Part shown: in pieces, positions 56,807 to 64,000 of the stretch
How the letters are laid out: each line of letters begins with the position of its first letter
Numbering within the stretch: position 1 is the first letter of the stretch
Assembly: GCA_030698625.1 (NCBI GenBank)
Contig: JAUYMS010000040.1
Location: forward strand, 21,499-85,498
DNA length: 64,000 nucleotides
Direction: 5' to 3'
From: Candidatus Omnitrophota bacterium
GTDB taxonomy: Bacteria; Omnitrophota; Omnitrophia; Omnitrophales; Aquincolibacteriaceae
Made by a program: the position numbers and the translations under genes
Notes under the pieces: generated by a model
Told to the model about the DNA's origin: nothing
Database searches by the model: none
Seen by the model: the letters and a program-made list of their open reading frames with translations, nothing else

Positions 56807-57853
56807 ATGTTTACGAGAGACCTTACCAGCCCCCCTATTAAGCTCAGCATCGTTCTGGTCCATTTCAAGACGGTCAGTCTCACGCTGACCTGCATTGAGT
56901 CCATCTACACACATGCCCCTGACTGTTCCTTTGAAATTATCGTCGTAGATAACGGTTCAAATGACGATATCGAGGCCGTTATTTCCGATCGTTATCCGGA
57001 AGTCCGGTTTATTGAGAGCGGAGACAACCTGGGATTTACCCGGGGAAATAATCTTGGGATTCATAATTCGCACGGGGAGTATGTCGTCCTACTCAACACG
57101 GATACGGAGCTGATTGATCGCAGTTTCGATGCCATGATCACTTACATGGAAAGCCACACTGAGGTGGGCATCTTGGGCCCGCGCCATGTTGACGGGCAGG
57201 GAAACTTCCAGCTGTCTTTCGGCCATTTCCCTACTTTTTTTTCTGAAATTGTGCGCAAGCTGGCTCATTATCGGCTTCAAATTAACGACCTCCGGATCCG
57301 CGATTACTTCGAAGAAAAATATTCCGGCTCCAGCGTACTCGATTGGGTATCGGGCTCCTGCTTGATGATCCGCCGTGATGTCCTGCACGATATCGGTCTG
57401 CTGGACGAACGTTATTTCATGTACTTTGAGGACATCGACCTTTGCACTCGAGCTCGCAGGCGCGGCTGGTACGTCCATTACTTTCCCCAAACAAGCATCG
57501 TGCATTACGGGGGCCAATCGGTAAAAAGAAATCTTTTGGCCGCCCTCATCGCTTATCGCCTGAGTCAAGCCTACTTCGCGAGGAAGTATTACGGATTTTT
57601 CGGACTATTGGCAGTTCGACTCCTCCTACTTGCGAAATATGGCGTGAATTTTGCCAAGTGGGCCGTCCAATGGCTCTTCACCCGCCTCATGCGCAAAGAC
57701 ACGCGCCGAATCTACACCATGCTACTTCTCGGCAAAAAGGTCATTACCCAGGTTGCACTCGGAAGTATTTCCAAACCTGCGCCCGAACCGGCACTTCATC
57801 GGCCTGAACGTTTATGCGAGCCCGCCGCGACACGCCCTGTCGCAGTTCGATAA
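56807..57853 (+). CDS. GT2 glycosyltransferase
   Basis: LSIVLVHFKT...IIVVDNGSND...LLNTDTE, the WbbL/rhamnosyltransferase-like GT2 pattern. Confidence 0.7.
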   Translation: MFTRDLTSPPIKLSIVLVHFKTVSLTLTCIESIYTHAPDCSFEIIVVDNGSNDDIEAVISDRYPEVRFIESGDNLGFTRGNNLGIHNSHGEYVVLLNTDTELIDRSFDAMITYMESHTEVGILGPRHVDGQGNFQLSFGHFPTFFSEIVRKLAHYRLQINDLRIRDYFEEKYSGSSVLDWVSGSCLMIRRDVLHDIGLLDERYFMYFEDIDLCTRARRRGWYVHYFPQTSIVHYGGQSVKRNLLAALIAYRLSQAYFARKYYGFFGLLAVRLLLLAKYGVNFAKWAVQWLFTRLMRKDTRRIYTMLLLGKKVITQVALGSISKPAPEPALHRPERLCEPAATRPVAVR

Positions 57854-57862
57854 CCGGCGGCT

Positions 57863-59077
57863 ATGCTTCTGCTCAATCGCATTGCATTAGGGGCAATTCT
57901 CGGCATTGTTTTTTTTATTCCAATTTCATCGGCCGCAATCGAGAGTTTTTTCGGCGTCCTGGGTATTTGCGCAGCCCTCCGTCTTTTGCACGTCAGGCCC
58001 TGTCTGGCTGACGTAAAATCTTTTTTTTGGAATCCGCTCCACGCCACTCTAACTGTATTTTATGTACTTCTCGGTATTTCCATTCTTGCCGCTGGCCCGC
58101 TCTGGCCCAAGAGCCTCGAGGCTTGGCTTACCAAGTGGGGGGAGTGGCTTCTCTTGTTCTGCTTAATTCGTCTATTCGTGCAACGGGAACATTTAAAGTG
58201 GATCTCCTACATCCTTGTCTTCACGGCTGCCCTGATTTGTGTCGACGGAATCTTTCAGAAAATAACGGGGTACGATTTCATTCGCGGTTTTGAGATCGTA
58301 CCGGCAAATTATTTTTTGCCGGTACGGGCCAGCTTACACCATTACAACCACTTCGGCGGCTATCTGGCTGTGATCTTTTTTATGATCACAGCGGTGCTCA
58401 TCAACGTGAAAGATCGCGCCAAATGTATCGCTTTAATTGGGCTACTTGGCTTAATCTTCGTCAATCTTCTCTTGTCTTATTCACGCGGCGCCTGGCTCGC
58501 CTTTGCTTCGGGTTGCCTCTGGTTTTTTGCCACTAGCCCCAAGCAAAAATTCAGCTACGCTATCCTAAGTCTGCTAGGCGCGTTGCTCGGCCTCATTTTT
58601 TTACATCCCGGATTAAGAGAACGGGCTGTTTACCTATTCACGAGCGGTGGAGACGAACAGAGATTTGAGGTCTGGAAGGCAGCCCTTCGTGTTTGGATGG
58701 AGTCACCGTATATCGGGCGCGGCCTGGGGCTGCTGATGGACTATCTCCCCGAGTACCTGAGCCAGACCCGAATTAAGGAGGTGTTCTGGGCCCAGTACGC
58801 CCACAACAGCTATCTGCAAATCCTCGTCGAATCAGGCCCCCTGGCCCTATTGAGCTTCTTGCTGGCGGCCCTCGGTATTCTCCTGAGAGGGTTCAGGGCC
58901 GCTAAAGGCTATAGCCCGGCTCATGCTCTAGTCGCCGCCTATGTGGTGCTTCTCGTGCACTGTTTTTTCGAGAATCATCTCTATTCACTCCAGTTATCAG
59001 CGCTGTTTTGGGTCTCTGCCGCGTTCGTCAGCCGGATACCCGAGCTTGGCCTTGGGGAGGGGCAAAAGAGCCATTAA
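57863..59077 (+). CDS. O-antigen ligase/polymerase-like polytopic membrane protein (WaaL/Wzy_C family)
   Basis: About 10 predicted TM helices with a periplasmic loop containing YSRGAWLAF, an O-antigen-ligase-domain-like motif. Confidence 0.55.
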   Translation: MLLLNRIALGAILGIVFFIPISSAAIESFFGVLGICAALRLLHVRPCLADVKSFFWNPLHATLTVFYVLLGISILAAGPLWPKSLEAWLTKWGEWLLLFCLIRLFVQREHLKWISYILVFTAALICVDGIFQKITGYDFIRGFEIVPANYFLPVRASLHHYNHFGGYLAVIFFMITAVLINVKDRAKCIALIGLLGLIFVNLLLSYSRGAWLAFASGCLWFFATSPKQKFSYAILSLLGALLGLIFLHPGLRERAVYLFTSGGDEQRFEVWKAALRVWMESPYIGRGLGLLMDYLPEYLSQTRIKEVFWAQYAHNSYLQILVESGPLALLSFLLAALGILLRGFRAAKGYSPAHALVAAYVVLLVHCFFENHLYSLQLSALFWVSAAFVSRIPELGLGEGQKSH

Positions 59078-59083
59078 TTAGCG

Positions 59084-59111
59084 TTGATTTTTTCTCGTAA
59101 CTCGTTATAAT
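59084..59111 (+). promoter_or_regulatory. Sigma70-like promoter TTGATT-16-TATAAT for the acyltransferase-wzm-wzt operon
   Basis: ttgatt (59084-59089), a 16-nt spacer, then tataat (59106-59111), in the 88-bp AT-rich spacer. Confidence 0.4.
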
Positions 59112-59165
59112 AATTGGGCTAATAAAAATTTCGCCAACGCTCATCTTAACCCCTATCGGAAGCGC

Positions 59166-59675
59166 ATGAGTTCCGCATACGCCGCCTCGCCGCTACAAAA
59201 AATTGCGCCTGACGTACGCTTCGGTCGTGACGTGATCGTTCGTGATTTCGTCAATCTCTACGGCTGCGAGATCGGTGACGAATCGCAGATCGGCCCCTTT
59301 GTCGAAGTGCAGAAAAACGCACGCATAGGTAAGCGCTGCAAAATCTCCAGTCATTCCTTTATCTGTGAAGGAGTGACCATTGAGGATGGTGTCTTTTTAG
59401 GCCATGGCGTCATGTTCACCAATGGGAAATACCCTAGCGCCACCAATCCGGACGGCAGTTTGCAAACCGAGAAAGACTGGATCTGTGAGAAAACCCTTGT
59501 GAAAAAGGGTGCCTCGATCGGATCTGGGTCCTCGATTCTCTGCGGGATTACGATTGGCGAGAACGCGCTTATCGGTGCCGGCAGTGTGGTCACCCGCGAC
59601 ATTCCCGACGGCGCTCGTGCTTGCGGCAATCCCGCGCGTCTCATGCAAGGCGCCTCCGACATCGAAGGCCGCTGA
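59166..59675 (+). CDS. Left-handed beta-helix (hexapeptide-repeat) acyltransferase, probably a sugar N-acetyltransferase
   Basis: Repeating [LIV]G-x4 hexapeptides: IGKRCKI, IEDGVFLG, IGSGSSI, IGENALIGAGSVV. 169 aa. Confidence 0.75.
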   Translation: MSSAYAASPLQKIAPDVRFGRDVIVRDFVNLYGCEIGDESQIGPFVEVQKNARIGKRCKISSHSFICEGVTIEDGVFLGHGVMFTNGKYPSATNPDGSLQTEKDWICEKTLVKKGASIGSGSSILCGITIGENALIGAGSVVTRDIPDGARACGNPARLMQGASDIEGR

Positions 59676-60478
59676 TGCTTCGGGATCTTTTTTCCTATCT
59701 CGGGAATCTTGTCAAAGAGAGGAGAATCATTTTCGAGCTGGCGAAGCGTGATTTCCGCGTACGCTACCTCGGCTCGTATCTTGGCATTCTGTGGGCATTT
59801 CTGCAGCCGGCCGTCTTTGTGTTCCTCCTCTGGTTCATTTTTCACCTCGGCTTTAGGAGCGCGCCGGTCAAGAACATGCCGTACATCCTCTGGCTGCTTC
59901 CCGCACTCATCCCGTGGTTCTTTTTCTCCGAAAGCTTGAGCAGCGCCACCAATGCCCTCATCGACAACAGCCACATCGTCAAGAAGGTAGTCTTTCAGGT
60001 CAATATCCTGCCGGTGATCAAGATCGTCTCTTCGCTGTACGTACACCTAGTCTTCGTCGGAATCCTCTTTGTGGTCTATGCCGCATCAGGCCGCTTTTCC
60101 TTGCCCGTCTTTATCCATGTTGCCTACTATCTGAGCGCCACAATTCTATTAGTTCTTGGGTTGTCATTTTTCACCGCTTCACTCGTGGTTTTTATTCGTG
60201 ACGTCACTCAGGTGATCGCGATTCTCCTGAATTTCGGCTTTTGGATGACCCCCATATTCTGGCATGTCGACCTTCTGCCCGAGAAGTACCAGAGCCTCAT
60301 GCGGCTAAACCCCGTCTATTACATCACGGAAGGATACCGCAATAGTTTTATGCAGCATGCGCCGACCGCGGCAGAACCTCTGTGGACACTTTACTTCTGG
60401 GCTGTGGTCCTCATAACATTCGTGACCGGTGCGATGTTTTTCAAGAGGCTTAAACCGCATTTCGCCGACGTGCTTTAG
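59675..60478 (+). CDS. wzm: ABC-2 type polysaccharide exporter permease
   Basis: RDFRVRYLGSYLGILWAFLQP is a characteristic ABC-2 N-terminal motif. Six TM helices. ATG at 59675 overlaps the upstream stop. Confidence 0.75.
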   Translation: MLRDLFSYLGNLVKERRIIFELAKRDFRVRYLGSYLGILWAFLQPAVFVFLLWFIFHLGFRSAPVKNMPYILWLLPALIPWFFFSESLSSATNALIDNSHIVKKVVFQVNILPVIKIVSSLYVHLVFVGILFVVYAASGRFSLPVFIHVAYYLSATILLVLGLSFFTASLVVFIRDVTQVIAILLNFGFWMTPIFWHVDLLPEKYQSLMRLNPVYYITEGYRNSFMQHAPTAAEPLWTLYFWAVVLITFVTGAMFFKRLKPHFADVL

Positions 60479-60488
60479 GAACGTGACG

Positions 60489-61838
60489 ATGACTGACAAC
60501 ACAGCCATTCGGGTGGAGGGGCTTTCAAAGATATACCGCCTCTATGACAAGCCCATAGACCGTCTGAAAGAGGCCCTTCACATTTTTCGCCGAAAATATC
60601 ACCGTGACTTCTTTGCCCTACAGGACGTCTCGTTTGAAATAAGAAAAGGGGAGAGCATCGGTATCATTGGGAGAAACGGCGCGGGAAAATCAACGCTTCT
60701 AAAAATTCTCACGGGCGTTCTGACTGCCAGCTCCGGCCGGGTCGATGTCACCGGAAAAGTTTCGGCCCTCCTGGAATTGGGGCTGGGCTTCAACCCCGAA
60801 ATGACTGGCATCGAAAACGTTCGCTTTGGCGGCGCGATCATGGGTTACTCAAAGGAGGCGTTTGAAGCGAAAATCGATGAGATCCTGTCTTTCGCCGATA
60901 TCGGGGAGTTTGTCCATCAACCCGTCAAGACGTATTCAAGCGGAATGTATGTACGACTCGCCTTTGCGTTGCAGATGTCCGTTGATCCCGACATCCTGAT
61001 CGTGGACGAAGCTCTGGCCGTGGGGGATGTCTTTTTCCAGGCGAAGTGCATGACCCGTCTGCGCCACATTATCGACAAGGGAGTAACGGTGCTGTTCGTA
61101 AGTCATGATACCAGTGTCGTCAAAAGCCTTTGCAGCAAAGCCCTGCTGCTCGACCGCGGCCGCTTACTTACCTTCGACCGCCCCGGTGCTGTTGCTGAAA
61201 CTTATTTCCGCATGAAAACACAGGCCGAGCAGCCCATACTCAGCCAGTTAGCTGGGGAGCCACGAAAGTTCGTGCCGACCGGCGAAGCCACGGGTGACGA
61301 ACTCTGGGATTCTTTTACGGCTGCCACGCAACCGTTTGAAGAGCGGGCCCGGTATGAGCGGATCAGCAACGGAAAAGCCTCATTCCGAAAAGTCGCTATT
61401 CTTGATGCTGCAGGGCAGGAGATCGAAGAGGCAAATTTCGGGCAGGAGATCACGCTTCGCATGGCCGTTGAAGCGCATGAAGACGTGCCTCAACTCGGAT
61501 ACAGTTACTGCATCGCAGACAGAAACATGCACAGAATCATTTATTCCGATAGCTATATTGAAAACGGCTCCCTTGAGAATGTCCGGGCGGGCGAACGTTT
61601 TATCGTCGATTGGAACTTCAAACTGCCACTACAGGCGGGGTCTTACAACGTCCTCGCGGCTCTGTCCATTCCTGTCAATCTCGAATTGCAGAAAGTGGTA
61701 TTTTGCGACCGTATCCCTATCGCCTGTCAATTTTTGCTCAACCGCGATCCTGCCTTTCACCTATATGCACCGGTAAAATTCGAACATCGCTTACGCATTC
61801 AGCGCATGACGGCGCAAGCGGCAACGGCTGGGAATTAA
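60489..61838 (+). CDS. wzt: ABC polysaccharide exporter ATPase with C-terminal glycan-binding extension
   Basis: Walker A GRNGAGKST, signature SSGMYVRLAFA, Walker B ILIVDEA. About 200 extra C-terminal residues, Wzt_C-like. Confidence 0.8.
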   Translation: MTDNTAIRVEGLSKIYRLYDKPIDRLKEALHIFRRKYHRDFFALQDVSFEIRKGESIGIIGRNGAGKSTLLKILTGVLTASSGRVDVTGKVSALLELGLGFNPEMTGIENVRFGGAIMGYSKEAFEAKIDEILSFADIGEFVHQPVKTYSSGMYVRLAFALQMSVDPDILIVDEALAVGDVFFQAKCMTRLRHIIDKGVTVLFVSHDTSVVKSLCSKALLLDRGRLLTFDRPGAVAETYFRMKTQAEQPILSQLAGEPRKFVPTGEATGDELWDSFTAATQPFEERARYERISNGKASFRKVAILDAAGQEIEEANFGQEITLRMAVEAHEDVPQLGYSYCIADRNMHRIIYSDSYIENGSLENVRAGERFIVDWNFKLPLQAGSYNVLAALSIPVNLELQKVVFCDRIPIACQFLLNRDPAFHLYAPVKFEHRLRIQRMTAQAATAGN

Positions 61839-61839
61839 A

Positions 61840-62670
61840 ATGAGCCGACCCATGTTTCTTATTATAGGCGCGCAGCGATCCGGTACATCGGCCTTACACA
61901 CATGCCTGTCCAGGCACCCCCTTCTTTTCGGGGCACCCGTTAAGGAGATCGGTTATTTTGCTTATAACTGCAAGTACGGTAGGGGTGACGAGTGGTATGA
62001 GCGCGAACTTGAACCTGGTAATATTGACGCCGCTCGTATGACTTTCGAAACTACCCCTGAGTATGCGTATTTCCCGTGGTGCGCAGAGAGAATCCACGTG
62101 TTTGATCCCAATATCCGGTTGATCATGCTGGTCCGTGATCCGGTAGACCGCGCCTATTCGGCGTGGCAGATGTTTCTCAACGCTTTCCGGCAGAGAGCTG
62201 CATGGCTCGTCGAATATCTTTCCGGCATTGACTCAAGCATCAGCGAACCCTTTTACCGCCTATTGGAGGCCCCCGAGCCACCTGACTTTGAGACCGCCGT
62301 CGCCGCCGAACTTTCAGGAGAGAACAACCTCCCGATAGAGCCCAGTTATATTCGCAGGGGACTTTACGGGCAGCAAATCGAGAGATACCTGGGACGATTC
62401 GGCCGCGACGCTATATTGATTCTGGATGCCGCACAATTCGCAACCCGTCCGGCCGAGACCCTTCACCGTGCGTGCCGTTTTCTCGAGATCCCGTATGACT
62501 CAAGCCTCTGCGAGCCGGTATCCCTTGTCAATCGGGGTGAGTACTCACAGCCCGTTCCTGTCGAGGCACAGGAGCAGCTCCGCGAATACTACCGCCCGCA
62601 TAACGAGGTCTTCTTCAACCTCATTGGGCAAGACTTCAGCTGGGCAAAGTCAGAGGCGGTTCGGCCGTGA
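61840..62670 (+). CDS. Sulfotransferase (PAPS-dependent)
   Basis: 5'-PSB IIGAQRSGTSAL and 3'-PB LVRDPVDRAYSAW. Confidence 0.7.
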   Translation: MSRPMFLIIGAQRSGTSALHTCLSRHPLLFGAPVKEIGYFAYNCKYGRGDEWYERELEPGNIDAARMTFETTPEYAYFPWCAERIHVFDPNIRLIMLVRDPVDRAYSAWQMFLNAFRQRAAWLVEYLSGIDSSISEPFYRLLEAPEPPDFETAVAAELSGENNLPIEPSYIRRGLYGQQIERYLGRFGRDAILILDAAQFATRPAETLHRACRFLEIPYDSSLCEPVSLVNRGEYSQPVPVEAQEQLREYYRPHNEVFFNLIGQDFSWAKSEAVRP

Positions 62671-63416
62671 AGACATTGGATCTGCTCGACTATTGGAACA
62701 ACGCTGCAACGCAATCGATGTACGACAAGCATCTAGTTCGTGCAGAGTCAGACCTGACCATGAAGCATTTCCCCAAGATCATCTCACCCAAAATTCTGGA
62801 TGCGGGCTGCGGCGAAGGAGAAGGAACAGAAACCTATGCCTCCGTGAGGGGTGCGACCGTGCACGGCGTTGACTTCTCGGCCAGGCGTCTCGATCTCGCC
62901 CGGGCACGACTCTCGGAAAAATCTAACGTAACACTTTTCCGGCAGGACCTCACCGAAGCGGTTGGTCTTGTGCCCGACTACGACATTGTGATTTCACAAC
63001 GGTTTCTGATTAATATCCCCGAATGGGAGTTGCAGATGAAGGTGCTTAGACAACTCATGGGCCTACTCGCTCATCACGGCAGACTGCTCCTCCTTGAGGG
63101 GCATCAGGAAGGCGCCGCAGCACTTAACGAGTTTCGCGCTGCCGCGGGACTCGAACCGATCCCGGTAAAATGGCATAACGTCTTTCTGAGCGACACCCGA
63201 CTCAAGCGCTTCATGAAAGCGGAAGGGTATCGCCTGACGGCAGAGGATTCACTGGGCGCCTATTTTTTAATGACGCGCGGCATTCGTCCTATGCTGGACT
63301 CGAACCTTGACTGGGACTGCGACTTCAACCGCATTGCTTCCTCGCCTGAAATGATGCGCATGCTTACCGGCTGCGACCGGTACTCGCGATTAAAACTGTG
63401 GGTATATGAAAAATAA
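62667..63416 (+). CDS. Class I SAM methyltransferase
   Basis: ILDAGCGEGEG...VDFSARRL...IVISQRFLI. GTGA overlap with the upstream gene. Confidence 0.65.
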   Translation: MKTLDLLDYWNNAATQSMYDKHLVRAESDLTMKHFPKIISPKILDAGCGEGEGTETYASVRGATVHGVDFSARRLDLARARLSEKSNVTLFRQDLTEAVGLVPDYDIVISQRFLINIPEWELQMKVLRQLMGLLAHHGRLLLLEGHQEGAAALNEFRAAAGLEPIPVKWHNVFLSDTRLKRFMKAEGYRLTAEDSLGAYFLMTRGIRPMLDSNLDWDCDFNRIASSPEMMRMLTGCDRYSRLKLWVYEK

Positions 63417-64000
63417 CCCCCTATACGTAACAAGGCCCTTTTGTGCGCCTCCCGAAGAATTCGCGGAAGAATATCGCCGAATGTCTGAAGCCGCCCGCTT
63501 CACGAATCACGGCAACTGCCATGAACGCCTTGAAAGAGAGCTCGCCGGGTATCTCGGAGTGCCGTATTTTTCACTAGTCAATAATGCAACGACGGGGCTC
63601 ATGATTGCATGCAAGGCGCTGAATCTCCGCGGCGAAGTCATCGTCAGCCCCTTCACGTTCCCCGCAACCGTTAATGCCCTCACGTGGTGCGGCCTCACAC
63701 CCGTCTTTGCTGACATCGCAGAGAAGAGCTTCAATCTTGATCCCCGGCGGGCCGAGGAAGCCGTCACGACTCGGACGAGTGCCATCCTTCCGGTTCATCT
63801 CTACGGTAACGTGTGCGACACGCGCGCCTTCGACGAGATCGCCCGCCGCCGCAAGCTCCGTCTTCTCTACGACGCAGCACACGCTTTCGGCGTAACTCGC
63901 GGTGACCTTCCCGTCGGCCGCTATGGTGACATATCGGTATTCAGTTTTCATGCGACAAAGCTCTTTCACACCGGCGAAGGCGGCGGCCTCAGCTGTAGGA
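63406..64000 (+). CDS. DegT/DnrJ/EryC1/StrS-family PLP-dependent sugar aminotransferase (3'-partial, runs off the window)
   Basis: Translated by hand from the ATG at 63406: MKNNPLYVTRPF...SFHATKLFHTGEGGGLS (PLP-lysine motif SFHxxKxxxxGEGG). Not in the ORF track because no stop falls inside the window. Confidence 0.85.
   Translation, partial: MKNNPLYVTRPFCAPPEEFAEEYRRMSEAARFTNHGNCHERLERELAGYLGVPYFSLVNNATTGLMIACKALNLRGEVIVSPFTFPATVNALTWCGLTPVFADIAEKSFNLDPRRAEEAVTTRTSAILPVHLYGNVCDTRAFDEIARRRKLRLLYDAAHAFGVTRGDLPVGRYGDISVFSFHATKLFHTGEGGGLSCR

Noticed and set aside
59351-60046. 231-aa minus-strand ORF across the acyltransferase/wzm region
   Set aside because: Shadow ORF. The plus-strand genes have hexapeptide and ABC-2 motifs.
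1-64000. Search for CRISPR arrays, rRNA and tRNA genes
   Set aside because: No regularly spaced direct repeats with unique spacers were seen. No rRNA-like conserved blocks were seen. The intergenic spacers are too short for tRNAs and none showed tRNA-like features by eye. tRNAscan was not run.

Overview
The 64-kb window is moderately GC-rich and almost entirely coding. At the 5' end is the 3' portion (at least 1524 aa, 5' end outside the window) of a giant acidic protein with no recognisable motifs, followed by a convergent P4H-like 2OG-Fe(II) oxygenase. From about 5.5 kb to the 3' edge there is one very large glycan (O-antigen/capsule-type polysaccharide) biosynthesis and tailoring locus, mostly on the + strand and translationally coupled through ATGA/GTGA overlaps. 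Its contents are: GDP-mannose 4,6-dehydratase; two tandem GDP-mannose-3,5-epimerase-like SDRs; an NDP-sugar 6-dehydrogenase; an SDR epimerase; a 3'-partial DegT/PLP sugar aminotransferase; a hexapeptide acyltransferase; at least 12 glycosyltransferases (GT2, GT8-like, GT-B, a fungal-type GT15 domain, and two CstII/GT42- or DUF115-like domains fused to methyltransferases); about 15 SAM-methyltransferase domains; four sulfotransferases; two SGNH/GDSL hydrolases; and three cobalamin-binding radical-SAM enzymes. It also carries a complete phosphonate module: PEP phosphomutase fused to a nucleotidyltransferase, phosphonopyruvate decarboxylase, an Fe-alcohol dehydrogenase, a TagD-like cytidylyltransferase and a LicD-family transferase. 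This module resembles the early fosfomycin (Fom1/Fom2/FomC/Fom3) logic. Export genes include Wzm/Wzt (Wzt carries a C-terminal glycan-binding extension), an MsbA/PglK-like half-ABC exporter and an O-antigen-ligase/Wzy-like membrane protein. A REP-flanked RAYT (IS200-like Y1 transposase with a DnaA-C-like tail) plus a low-GC scar interrupts the array, and two further orphan REP hairpins lie in intergenic spacers. No rRNA, tRNA or CRISPR was seen. All functional calls are by-eye motif recognition; no database searches were run.
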